DNA of 64,000 nt from Thecamonas trahens ATCC 50062. Taxonomy: Eukaryota > Protista > Apusomonadida. The notes beneath the pieces are model-generated. The model worked only from the letters and a program-made list of their open reading frames with translations, was not told where the DNA came from and did no database searches. The stretch lies in contig NW_013657640.1 of assembly GCF_000142905.1 (NCBI RefSeq), positions 185,208 to 249,207 of the forward strand, read 5' to 3'. The translations under genes and the position numbers were made by a program. Shown here in pieces: positions 46,701-58,875 of this stretch. How positions within the stretch are numbered: position 1 is the first letter of the stretch; each line of letters begins with the position of its first letter.

Positions 46701-49700
46701 TGGTCTTGCGTCGTGTCGCCTGAATCTGCTTCATCAGCTCCTCGCGCTCTGCAGTCAGCGCTAGCTTCTCGCGCACGTATGCTGTCTCGACGTCCTCCAA
46801 CTCCGCCTGCTTCACCCGCATCTGAGAGTGATTGCGCGCCAACGTGCTGCGCAGCTGCTGCACTTGCTCCAGTAGCTCGGCGTTCTCGTGCGGCCGCACG
46901 CTCTTGGACTCCATAATGTGCTCGGTTTTGGCCTTGAGCGACGCGTCCAGCTCGTCGATTGCCTCGCGGAGGCCGGACATCTCGGCTGCCAGCGTTGCCC
47001 GCTCGTTCATCCATTGCACCTCTTGGTCGTGGCCAGGCGTTGCCACCGCCAGGATTGCTCCGCGCTTGCGTGCCAGCTCCTTGCGTGCAGCTTCGACCTC
47101 CTCGCGGAGCCGCGCGTTCGGGTTCTTCTTGCGCGCTGCCGCTGCTGCCGCCGAGGACTCCTCGGCCTCGCGGTCAGCGAGCGCAGCCATCTGCGCCTTG
47201 AGCACATCCAGCTCGGCTTTGAGCCGCACGTTGTCCATCTTAGCCTTGACTGTCATCTCCAGACCAGCGTCCGGCTCTGCCAGCATCGTCCCACGCTTTT
47301 CTGCCAGCTGGACTCGCAGCTCCTGTACTTGCCGCTCCATGTCCTGATTTGCCTGCTCGAGCTCTACAGGCGGCGCAAGGACCGGGTGCAGCTCATCAAA
47401 GTGTTCGAGCATGTGCTTCAGTCGCTTGTGTTCGGCCTCGAGCGTCATTCGCTGTGTCAGCACCATGTCCTTCTTGGCCGCCACGTTGTTGAGTTGGTCC
47501 TGGAACGCGTTCTCGCGCATGGTGTGCTCTTGCCGGAGCTTGACCACCCGCGCCCGCAAGTCGGCGTTTGGATCGCCAATCGATTCCAGCGGCGGCTTTT
47601 GAGCCATTTCGGCCTGCAGCTCGGCAAGCTCGGCTGTCAGCTGGGTGTACTCGGTCTCCATCATTGCCTTCTTCGCCTTGCGCACCATCAGCTGCCCATC
47701 AACCTGGGCCATCGCGTGCCGGAGCTCGGTCACTTGCTTCCGCAGTTGCAGCGTCGATGAGTCCAGTGCAGGCTGGTTGAGCTCTGCCCGCTTCACCTCC
47801 AGATCGCCCTGCAGCTCCTGCAGCTCGGCACGAAGTGCAATCTTCTCGTGCTTGGCTGCAATGATTGCCAGCCGTTCCGGATTGGGATTTGCCGCTGCGC
47901 GGCCTTGCGCCTCGGCTGCCTGGGCACGCTTGGCCTCCACCTCCTCGCGGAGCTCGGCAAGCTCGGTAAGTAGCGTCTCCATTTCTTCCGATCCGGATCG
48001 ACCAGAAGCTAGCTCATCTGCAGGCCCGGCTGCAATGTCGGGCTGCGACACCGCAGCCAGTTGAGCCAACTCTTGTACAAGAAGCGCCTTTTGCGATGCC
48101 AGTGTCGCCAGCTTGGCCGCCGCCGCATTTGACTCTCCAGCGTGCTGAGCAGCGGCCCGTCGAGCATCCTCAACCTTGGCCCGCAGCGTCTCGAGCTCGG
48201 CTTTGCTCTCTGCGAGAGCTGCCTCACTTGCCCCAGCATCAGCGTCTGCAGACGCATGATGGCTACTAAGTGCCACCAGCTCGGCCTCGAGTGCCATCCG
48301 CTCGTTGTTCAGCAGCGCAAACGCAGCCCGCACCTCGTCCGGCCCGCGCGCGCCGAGCCACTCGCCCTGCTGCCGCGACACATCCGCCCGGAGCTGCGCC
48401 ACTTCTTGCCGTAGAGGCTCAAGGTCGTCAACAGGCATCGGTGGCGTTTCCAGAGGGGCGTCCTTAGCCGCTTTCAGCCCAACCAGCTCGGCCTGAAGCC
48501 GGGCGCGCTCCGAATCGAGATGTGCGCTGGCTGACGCGACGTCGAACCAGACCGACGACGCCATCCATGCTCCGCGCACTTCTGCCAGTGCCGCCCGCTC
48601 GCTACTCACAGTGCTGCGCAGTTCGACGAGCTCAGCCTCTAGCGCTCGTGCGTCGGCCTCGGCCTTTGTCATGCGTGCAGTACTCGCCTCGACATTTGCC
48701 TCGGCTGCCTCGCGCTGCTTGCGGGTCGCCTCGAGGAGCGATGAAATAGCCTCGCGCTCAAACTCGAGCTGCTTGACGGTGACGAGCGCCGCAACCTGAC
48801 TCGCTGTTGATGTCGAGGCCTTGGTAAACGCCGCCGCCAAGTCGGCTTGTGCCCGTCCGACCGAGGTGCGGATGGCGTCAACATCTGCGCGCAGGTCGCG
48901 GACTTGCTTCTCGGCCTCGGCGGCACTGGTCGCCAGCTCGATTGCATCGGCGTCGGCCAGCCCGAGGACCTCGCCCAGCGCAGCCAGCTCGGCCTGCAGC
49001 CGCGCAGCTTCGTTCTGGAGCGTGATGGACTCGAGGGAGAAGCGCGATCGTGCTGCAAGCGTACCTTGTGCCTCGGCCACTCTCTGCCGCGCGGCGACAA
49101 CGTCGGCGCGGAGCGCAGCCACCTCGTCGAGACTCGGGGCGGCATCCGCCGTTGGCAAACTGGGTGTGCCAATGGCAGCGAGCTCGGTCTCCAGCTTGGT
49201 GAGTGCCGCGAGCTCGGCAGAGAGAGCATCACGCTGCGACGCAGCCTGCAGCGCTCTCAGTGAGGCTGCAAATTCGTCTGCAGAGAACAGCGCGCCCGAC
49301 ATCGACGCTGCCTGTGCTTCGGCCAGCGCTGCTCGCTTGGACTCGACCGCTTGGCGGAGCTCAGCTAGCGCATCGTCCGAGACCAGTTCCTGGCCCGCGA
49401 GGCCTGGAAGCTCTCCGTCGGGAAATCCTTCCGCAAGAAGAGTTAGCGAGCTGTTGAGCTGGTTGGCTTCTGATGAGAGCACAGCCGCGGCGAGCGCCCG
49501 AGTCTGGGCCTCGATGTAGGTGAGCAGGTCAAAGGGCGCCGCTGCACGGGCGGCAGTAGCGTCGGCGATCTGAGTATGCAGCTCCTGGACTGCGTTTTGC
49601 AGCTCGGCGAGTTCCTTGGCAGTCATGGTCGGTGGCGGGCTAAGACTCTGCGAGAGGGATATATCGCTCGGCTCGGCGTCAAGCACGTCGTCAAGTCGCG

Positions 49701-51058
49701 ACTGCAGCGCCTCGAGTTGGGCCTGAAGCGTACGCGACGTTGTATTGTTGAGCGAGTTGTTGAGCGCAGCCTCGTTGGCAGCAACCAGTGCGGCTGCGGA
49801 TGCCTCGGCAATCTGGGTTGTCAGCTCCTCCAGCTCTCCGCGCTGAGCAGCAAGCTCGGCCTCGTGGGCGGCGTCGTCTTCGGGCTTGCTCGCGCTCGCG
49901 CGCTCCTTTTCGGCAAGAGCGGCACGGAGAGCCTCAAGCTCTGCCACCAGAGTCGCTTTTTCGGCAGCAAGAAGCGCAGCGCGCTCGGCCCGCAGCGCGC
50001 CGACCTCTGACGAGAGGACGGCGTGCGGGTCGGGAAAGTCTGAGGCTGTGACTGTCGCCTCGAGAACCTCGCGGTCGTGGAGGGCGTCTTCAAGCGCCGA
50101 CTCGTTGAGGTTGGGCTTGAGTGCCCGCCACTGGACTTTGCGCTCTTCAGTCTTGGTCTCGAGCGCCTGGATCTCCATAGTCAGCTGCGGCTTACCGGAC
50201 GAGGCGGTCTTGTGGGAGAGGGCCTGGAAGGCCCAGCGGCCGTCGTCAGCGCGGAAGATCTTGGCCATGACCAACGCACGCGTCGAGCGCGAGTCCAATT
50301 CGCGCTCGGCCAGCCGGACGGCAAGCAGCTCGCGGCCGTCGGCCTCAGCGGCCTCGTTGGGGGGAGACCGTCGTTTGAGCAGTCGACGACGCGGACAAAG
50401 CAGTGGCGGAGCTTGGCAAAAGCCTCCCGAGTCCCGTAGCCGGTGAGCGAGACGTAAAAGTAGTCAACCTTGGCCTCGATGCCCTGCGGATGAACGATGA
50501 TGCACTCGTTGTCGCCTTCCCGGATGCGGCCGTCGTCGTCGCCCAGATGGACCATCGACTCGTCGTGTGTGGCCATATTGGAAAAGTCGATGGTCTCCAC
50601 CAGGCTGTTATCCTTGGAGAACAACATCAACGACAAGTCCAAGTCGATAGCTTGCCTCTCATTCCTCGCACCCCATCCGCCAGCAATCACGATCTGTCCG
50701 CCACACATCCACCACCCGCCGCCGATACAACCCGCAATACCACCAGCAAGCAGAGCACCCGTCAGTCCCCCCTCCCCCGTCCCCGCCACCTACTGCTCAT
50801 TCACGGATCCGCCCACAACATATCCTCTCCCCTAGTGACCGTCCTCTTGCGCGCGCGCACGATCCGGCGCCAACTCCGCTCCCCACCGGCAAGCCACCCA
50901 CCGGGAAGCCACCCAACGGCAAGCCTCCCCCCCCCCCCCCCCTCCCCCCCCCCCTCTCCTCCACGTCCACTCAATGGACATACCTTTGTCAACTGGAGGG
51001 GCTTTGTCTCCAAATAGGCCACCTCGCCGGGGCGGAGGTCGTTGGCGTCGGCTGCCAT
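43099..51058 (-). CDS. TerD-domain protein with a giant repetitive coiled-coil (~2,550 aa; exons 50984-51058 and 43099-50693; frameshift near 50361)
   Basis: GGW...IDLDLSLMLF...HLGDD...GDNECI...CFVRVVD...ALVMAKIFR...WAFQAL is TerD-like, followed by an A/E/L/R heptad region. Confidence 0.75.
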
Positions 51059-51420
51059 GGCCGGTGGTGCGTGTGAGGAGTGTTCGGTTGTCGACCAAGT
51101 TTGGTCGGTTGGCTGGGTGCCCACCGAGAGGGGGGGGGGGGGGGAGGGGGGGGATCATGGGATCATGGGATCGGATATCATCGGATCTCATCTAAAGACA
51201 CCGGATTAAATGGCTGATGGTTGGATGGAGGGGTGGGTGGTTGGGTGGATGGAGGGGTGGGTGGGTGCCGCTTTGGATGGCAGCTGGGATTGGGCAGGCG
51301 GGGGCAGGGGGAGGGGGGGGGGGGGAAGGAGAGGCAACCTCGGCCAGCATTCGGCGATCACCTCTTTGATGATGGGCGTTGTGGCGTGGGTGGTTGGGTG
51401 GAGGTCGAGGGTGAGGTTGG

Positions 51421-52305
51421 TCACAATCCTGACAGATCGCGGGAGAGGTCAAATGTGGCGGCGCAGGGCTGTGTCGCCATGTAGGCGGCAATGTCGGCGA
51501 TGCCACAGGCGTGGACGTACATAGCGGCGGCGGAGAAGATATGGAGCCAATTGTGCGAGTTGCCAAGATAGTCGAAGAAGCCCGATGGCACAAAGCGCTC
51601 CGGAACGCGCGAAGCGTAAAAGGCGGAGCCTAGGGCGAGGAGGAAGACGGCGCGAAGAACCGAGGCGACAAAGGTGGCGACGACGGGATGATCGCCGACG
51701 AGCCAGGCAATGTGTAGGGTGGAGACGACGAGTGTGGCGACGAGCGAGCCCATGGTGAGGATGCGGCCGACGATAAAAGCCGGATCGGTCATGATGGGCA
51801 GCTGCGTGGCGCCTGCGACGGCAAGGGCAACGGCAGCAAAGACAGACAGGTGCAGGGCCTGCCACTGGGGATAGCAAGCGAGCGAAAAGTATGCGATTGG
51901 GATGTACGCACCGACGATTGATGCGACGATTCCGTTGACATCGGCCTGATTGCAACATCTGTAGGTGGCCTCATTGACCGAGTTGAAGGTATGGAAGATG
52001 GATGAGGCGGAGAAAGCGATGATGACCATAAGATGAAAGACGCCTTGCGCAGCCACGGCACCCCAAGAGTAACCATCATCCATGGCTTGGACCAGTGCCA
52101 TGTATCCCACAAGTACAAAGCCTGCTGCTGCCCATAGATGGCTATGGATGTTGGCTGTCTGGTTGTGCCATCGCCAGACAGAGGCCAGACATGCTGCTGC
52201 TGGCCACTCTACACGGTAGCCCGAGGTGATGAACCGCATCTGGAGGTACACAGGCGCCTCCGAGTAGGATACAAGCCGTAAATTCTCTCTCTTGTCGGAC
52301 ACCAT
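51421..52305 (-). CDS. PAQR / adiponectin-receptor-like (hemolysin III) membrane protein
   Basis: FITSGYR, WHNQTANIHSH, SSIFHTF, D..GI, SRVPER..P.GFFDYLGNSHNWLH; an upstream exon is possible. Confidence 0.9.
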   Translation of the reverse strand: MVSDKRENLRLVSYSEAPVYLQMRFITSGYRVEWPAAACLASVWRWHNQTANIHSHLWAAAGFVLVGYMALVQAMDDGYSWGAVAAQGVFHLMVIIAFSASSIFHTFNSVNEATYRCCNQADVNGIVASIVGAYIPIAYFSLACYPQWQALHLSVFAAVALAVAGATQLPIMTDPAFIVGRILTMGSLVATLVVSTLHIAWLVGDHPVVATFVASVLRAVFLLALGSAFYASRVPERFVPSGFFDYLGNSHNWLHIFSAAAMYVHACGIADIAAYMATQPCAATFDLSRDLSGL

Positions 52306-52644
52306 CTGGGCGAGGTAGTGGTAGGGGGGGGGGGGAGGGAGGGGGTGGTGCGGTGAGTTGAGTCTGTCGGTGGGCAGGCGGGCAGCAGGCAGCAGGCAGC
52401 AGGCAGCGGGCAGCGGGCAGGGGATGGGTGGCGGCAGTGGTGGTGGTGGTGATTGGGGGAGGGGATGGCCATTGATCACTGATTGTGGGTCTGGTGTCTG
52501 ATGTGTGAGGGGGATGGTGCAGAGTGGCGTGGATGGGGGTGGGGTGGCTACGGGTTAGAGGCGACGTAGTGCGGTGGACAGTGGTGCAGGGCGATGATCC
52601 CGGGGGGTGGATCGGGCGGCGATCTGGCAGCGGGTTTACATCAT

Positions 52645-53760
52645 CTACATGCCGTACTTCATCATCATCTTGCGCTTCCAAGTCTCCGAGACATTGGGGT
52701 CGACGGCGTTGACATTGATGGGCACACCCGGGCCATGGGTGGAGGAGAGGTTCGCGGCGACGAGGAGGCGGCCCTTCTTGTTCAGCTCGGGCTTTGCGTC
52801 AAAGATGGCCTTGACAAAGGCAGCGATGTTCTCCTCGAGGGCCTGGTCGGGCATGTCGACGTGGCCGACTGCCGCATGGACAAGGGCAAACCGATCCAGC
52901 CGGTAGTCAACCGACGGCATGCGGAGCTGCTTGATAAGCGGAACGACGTCTTCAGCCACGGTTCCACGCTTGGGATTGGGCATGAGGCCACGCGGGCCGA
53001 GCTTCCGCGCCACCCGACCGAGCATGGGGAGCATGTCCGGGGTGGCAAGCGCTCTCGTAAAGGTGTACGTATCATCCTCCACCGTAGCCAGCAGATCCTC
53101 CGCGCCCACCACATCAGCTCCTGCCTCCTTGGCCGCCGCCGCCGCCGCGCCCTGCGCAAACACGGCAATGACGTCTGACTTGCCGGTCTCGTGCGGCAGC
53201 GTCGCCGTCCCGCGCAGCGCCGCCCGTCGCGGATCCATGTTGATCTGCAGGGCCACATCGACGGCTTCCTTTTCCTAACCACGCCACCAGTCAGCAGAGA
53301 GGCCGGAGCATTCCCCCATGGCTCCCCATGCATAAGTGTATATCTCGTGCCAGCCGTACCCTCCCACACACCCTCCCTCACCTCCCTCTCAGACGCGACA
53401 CGGTGGGATGAACGCACAGCCGGGCGGGAGGCGAGTCGGAGGGGGGGGGGGGGCATGGGCAAGGGGAAGGGGAAAGGCTAGAGGAGAAAGAGGATAGCGG
53501 AGGGGGGGGGAGGTATGATGGCGGAGGGATTGAGTACGTACGCGTGTGGTGGCAAAGAGCTTAACGAGCTGGACAGCGGTGGTAAGGTCCTCACAGAGCC
53601 CCTCCTCGTCGACGCGCAGCGCCCAGTGCGCCGAAGGCTCAATGGCAGAGGCGACAGAGGAGGAGGAGGAGGAGGAGGGGATGGTGGTGGTGGTGCTGCG
53701 CATGGCAAGGGTGTTCATCATCCGTGCCGCACCCACAGAGGCTTGCACAACTCGCAACAT
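52645..53760 (-). CDS. MRPL1: Mitochondrial ribosomal protein uL1 (exons 53542-53760 and 52645-53274)
   Basis: R/S/A-rich presequence; LRGTATLPHETGK, AGADVVG, LGPRGLMPNPKRGTV, LSSTHGPG. Confidence 0.9.
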
Positions 53761-53997
53761 GCCGCAGTCAGTGGGTGGGGAGAGTCGTGTGTGTGGGGGT
53801 GGGGAGGAGAGGGGAGGGGGGTGGGGGGGGGAGGGAGGGAGGGAAGAGGGTGGATCGAGAGGGGAGGGGGGATGGATTTGGGGGGGGGGGGGATCGAGGG
53901 GATCGGAAGGGGGAGGAGGATGGGGATGAACAGGAGGGGAAGGGGGGGGGGGAGATATTTTGTGGTGTGTGTGTGTGTGTGTGTGTGTGGGAGGGTG

Positions 53998-56900
53998 TCA
54001 GAACATGGCTACAGGCCGCACAACATCGCTGGGAAAGACATCGTCGTCGATCGGGACGGCGGACGGCTCCATGTTGCACACCTCACCGATCCATGCGTGA
54101 AAGTCGGCCATGAGCCGAGCCGCAAAGGCTGAAAACTGCGGCCCGTGCTCAGGCGAGAGCAGCTCCCGCTCTTCGAGGCGAGCGCAGACCGCGGCGTTGA
54201 GCTGAGGATCAAAGAGCGGAATGCCAAAGACGACGTCGTACAAGAACCAGCTGTCGTTGTCTGCTGGCGTCTCCTCTTGACAGCTGCTACTCGATCGCAT
54301 GAGGGTCACGTATCCGGCAGCCGCATCGAGGCCAAGCTTGTCCACAACTTGGCGGACCAGCGGGTGCTGAGCGAGCGCGCCGTCGCGGTCGTCGAGGGGA
54401 AAAGCGACATGCGCAAAGTCCGGCTCCGAGGTTGACGCGCCGGGCGCAGGCGCGTACATCTGCAGCAGCAGCGGCGATGAGCGAAGTCTGGCGTTGATGA
54501 GGGGGAGACAGTTGATGAGGACCGAGGCCTCGCTCTCGCCGCGCCAGGGCGTTATCCACACGTGCGACTGCGTGCCGCAGGTGTCGAGCGCAGCGTCGAG
54601 CGGCGCCGGGAGAGCCTTAAGCCGCACCCCGCGCGGAATGACTGTTGCCGGTGACCCACCGCCCACCGCCGAGTACAGGTACATCCGCCACCACGGCGTG
54701 GTAAAGTGAGCCGAGCTCGGGCCAAAATTGCGCGGCGTCGACGAGTGGACAGCCAGCGAGTCCGGCGCGAGCGGCGCGATGGCCAGCAGCGCGGCGTAGT
54801 TGGCGTCGAGGACCCGTGAGCGGGTGGCCGGCGGCAGCGAGTTGACGGCCTCGCACTTGAGGAGGTCGACAGCATAGTTGAGCGGCGGCGAGCGGAGCGT
54901 CACCAAGGTCTTGTGCAGCGTCACCGTGTGCTCGTAGTACGTCCGCACCTCGCCCTCTACGATGGCGTTGGCCGTCGAGAGCTCCGCCACAAACGAGTCC
55001 ATCGTCTCATCCGTCAGCTTGCCCACCTCGAACAGCGTCACGGCATGGACCTTGAGGCCCTTGGACAAGTTGCCCATCATGAGGAAGGCAGTTAGCGTGG
55101 CGTCAAAGAGCAGACCGACCCGCTGCCGCTGCTCGCTTCCCGTATCCGCCACGGCCGCTGCCGCACTTCCCGCCCCGCTCTCACTGCCCGGCATCCGCTG
55201 CAGCTTCAGTCGCGTCATCTCCTTGGCGCTCACCATCTCGGCTTCGAGCTCCTCAGCTGAGAGCTTGTCGAGCCACGACGGATGGCACGGCGACGAGAGC
55301 GAGCCCGAGCCTGACTCACACGGCTCAAGCAGCGGCGGGACCGTGGCCTTGACCGCGATACCGAGTCGGAGGTAGAGCGACGCCGCCACAAGGATGTCCT
55401 CCAGCGGTGTGTCGAGCATGGCGGCGAGATCGCCGAGCGTTGTCCGCTCGTTCGAAGCCACAAAGATAGCGTACAGCCGGACCTCGAACGGGTCACCGCG
55501 AACCCGGTTCATGACAAAGCCGCGGAGCGGTGGCACGACAATGTGGTCGTGGGCAGAGACCGGAACGTGCGCCACTACCAGGCCCTTACGGTAGAGGGAG
55601 ACAACCGTGGGTGCAGGAAGATGGCCAGCAAGTCGCGGGCCTTGCGTGGTCAGCTCGCGCAGCACGGCCTGCTCCTCCGGAGTCAACGCGGCGCCCAGCA
55701 GCGGGTCGACAGCGTACGGCGCGGCCTCGATCTGCCACCAGTGCGCGATGTGCAGGTTCGACGGTGGTGCGCCCGGAAGCAGCTCCGACAGGGCCTGTGG
55801 GTTGTCGATGCCGGCCTCTGCACCGCTAGCCAGTGGCGTGGACGACTCGGCGCCCGGGATGTATTGCGCCTCGGCCGGCGGGCCGGCGATGAACACAGCA
55901 TCGCGCGGAACGAGCGCCGCCGCGGCCGTCGCCTCGGGTGCCCCAGGCAGCGGCAGCGGCGACTCGCGCTGATCGAGCGACGACTCGCGGGCGTCGTCAA
56001 GGGCAGCAAGGACAACGTCCGGCTCGCCCAGCGCGCCTNNNNNNNNNNNNNNNNNNNNNNNNNNNNNNNNNNNNNNNNNNNNNNNNNNNNNNNNNNNNNN
56101 NNNNNNNNNNNNNNNNNNNNNNNNNNNNNNNNNNNNNNNNNNNNNNNNNNNNNNNNNNNNNNNNNNNNNNNNNNNNNNNNNNNNNNNNNNNNNNNNNNNN
56201 NNNNNNNNNNNNNNNNNNNNNNNNNNNNNNNNNNNNNNNNNNNNNNNNNNNNNNNNNNNNNNNNNNNNNNNNNNNNNNNNNNNNNNNNNNNNNNNNNNNN
56301 NNNNNNNNNNNNNNNNNNNNNNNNNNNNNNNNNNNNNNNNNNNNNNNNNNNNNNNNNNNNNNNNNNNNNNNCCAGCTGGCGGCGGCGAGAGTGCCGCTGC
56401 GGCGACCGCGACCGCGACCGAGCGTGCGCGCCGGGAATGGCCCGCCCCTGGGTGGGAGGAAGGAGGCTGCCCGCAGAGTTGTCTGCGGCCGATGGGCCGG
56501 CGGCGGCGGGGAGGACTGGCGACGCAGCGCGGGCGATTGATTGCGGAGTGTCCGAGAGGAGGGGCGGAAGCCTCCGCGAGCGAAGCGGACGAGCCAGGAG
56601 ACCGCGGGCGCGGGCAACGTTCATCATGGCGATGTACTGGTTGCGACCGATGCAGGTGAGCCGGAGAACGTCTGCGGCGGTAAAGTTGGGCAGAGAATCA
56701 TACGAGCGCTGATGAGCCATGAGCGACTCCAGCATGGCGCGGTAGTAGGAGAAGGGAGTGATGTTGAGGAGAGCAACCAGATGCGACATGAGATGGTAGG
56801 GATAGAGCAGGAGCGAGGCGAGCGAGGCCAGGACCAATGATTGATAGTAAGCAATGGGTGGGGTGAGCATGGGTGCCAAGCTTGATTCGTAGGCCATTTG

Positions 56901-57053
56901 ATGGGTCAGCGCCTGCCGGAGCACCAGAGCCTTCCACCGCCCACGGCTTCCCACTGCTGCTGCTGCCCATTCGGGGTACTCTTCAAACACAGTCGTCGAC
57001 CCAAGCAGCTCCTCCAGCTCTTCATGCTGCCCTCGGTGTTTGGCCGACGACAT
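53998..57053 (-). CDS. FAM91A1: FAM91A1 homolog, interrupted by an N gap
   Basis: LYPYHL...ITPFSYY...SYDSLPNFTAADVLRLTCIGRNQYI; GFVMNRVRGDPFE; LFDATLTAFLMMGNLSKGLKVHAVTLFEVGKL. Confidence 0.9.
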
Positions 57054-57122
57054 GGCTTAGAGCAGTGGTCACGTGTAAGGTGTTGGTAGTCGGGAGGGGG
57101 GCGGGGGGGACGGGGGTATTAC

Positions 57123-58474
57123 TTAGGCACCCGGGTCAAGGGCGGGCGCGGGCTCGGGCGAGAGGTCGATGACGACTGGCGCGGCAGAGAGTGGCTTGTG
57201 GCGCTTGGTCGGCGAAGGGTTGGTATCAGCGTCATCGTTGTCATCGTCACCGTCGAGTGCGATAGGCTGTGTTGATGATGACGACGACGATGCAATGTCG
57301 TCTGCGCCGTCGTCCGGAACAGCCGACGGCGGCGGCGAGTCGCGCTTACGCTTGCCAAAGAACGACATGAGGGTGCCCTTGGCCGGGGCCTGCGGCTTGG
57401 GCGCCTTGCCGGTGACCTGCGTGATGAGCGTGGCGGCGTTGTTGAGGCCTGTGGAGCCCTTGTCAAACTGAAAGTAGGCAAATACGTCTTTGCCATCGGC
57501 GAGCCACCGCTTGATGCGGGTGGTGAACGTGGTGAGCTCGTCGTCGGTGTAGTTGTCCTCGTGCAAGAGGCGGATGCCGTGGAAGCGGATGTAGGTCCAG
57601 TCTGCGGTCAGCTCCTCGACCCACGGCAGATCTGGATGCGATGAGAGGACAAGCGCCCAGTTGTTGGCTCGCAGGACGGCGTACACATCGGCACGGAACC
57701 ACGATGGGTGGCGGAACTCAAACGCTACCCGCAAGTGCTCCTTGTCGTCGAGCTCGTGCAGGACCAGCGCAAGCTGCTGCAGCTTGTCCAGGCTACGCGC
57801 AAACCGCGGCGGGAGCTGGAAGAGAAGCGGGCCGAGAGCGCCAACCTTGCGCAGCGGAGCCAGCCTCTTCCACAGAAACCGGATCGTGTCGCCCGGATCC
57901 TCCAGCTGGCTCTCGTGTGTCACGCTCTTCGGCACTTTGATGGCGTACTGGAAGCTCCTGCCCGTCGCCTGCTTGGCCCAGCCCTGGATGGTGCTCTCAC
58001 GCGGGATGCCGTAGAACGAGGTGTTCATCTCGCACGTCGGGTACCGGTTGGCGTAGTGGAAGAACTCTTGATCCTTCTTGAGCCCATGCGGGAAGAACAC
58101 TGCCTTGCTCACCGCGTGAGTCGCGAGGAGAACAAAAAAAGGTCGTGGTTTCGCCTACGCCGCACACGTCCCGCGCCTTCGGTCTCCCCGTATATCCCCC
58201 ACAATCCCACACCACACCACACCAAACATCACTCTCGTCTAGCCTATCCCCGCTCCCCCTCCGCTCCCCAATCCCTCCCTCCCTCCCTTCTGTCCTTTGG
58301 TTTTCCCACCGGATCCCCACAACCAACAGCAAAAAAAAGGTCGTGGTTCGCCCCCCCCCCCCCCCCCCTCCTCCTTCCCTTGCACCTACCACCCTTGCGC
58401 CACTCTGGCGAGGAGAACCCAGCATGGCCACAGCGCAGGACTCCAGGCGGTGTAGTCTCTGCCCCACTGCTCAT
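57123..58474 (-). CDS. DUF72 (YecE-like TIM-barrel) protein (exons 58390-58474 and 57123-58099)
   Basis: Spliced LRCGHAGFSSPEWRKG|VFFP; EMNTSFY; KVPKSVTH; LGPLLFQLPP; AFEFRHPSW; YIRFHG. Confidence 0.85.
58136..58352 (+). promoter_or_regulatory. Two copies of AAAAAGGTCGTGGTT(T)CGCC (58136 and 58334) in the DUF72 intron, upstream of the SUFU-like gene
   Basis: Seen directly; matches the copies at 33787 and 24083. Confidence 0.4.
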
Positions 58475-58687
58475 GGCGTCAACTCGTTCGGGTGAGGTGT
58501 GCTCTGGTGTGGCGTGTGTCATGCCGCGTGTGCTGCGTGTCCGTGTGGGCGTCACCGGTTGGTCGGTCAGTCCGTTCAGTCGGTCGGTCGGTCAGACATC
58601 GCCACGCATGCCAGCAGTCTCCACCGCCACGGCCATCGCCATCGCCACGCCACGCCACATCACCTGACCCCCCACCCCCTTGTTGCT

Positions 58688-58843
58688 ATGGCCACACATG
58701 TTCAGGAGCTGAATGAAGCCGTGGGCAATCTCTATGACTTGTACCTCTCTCGGAGTGGATACGCCCAAGTCGTTCGTGGTCTCTGCCCTCATGGCGAGGA
58801 CCGAGTGGACGTGGCTGGCAACGATGGAAATGGAAGACACGGC

Positions 58844-58875
<32 letters not shown>

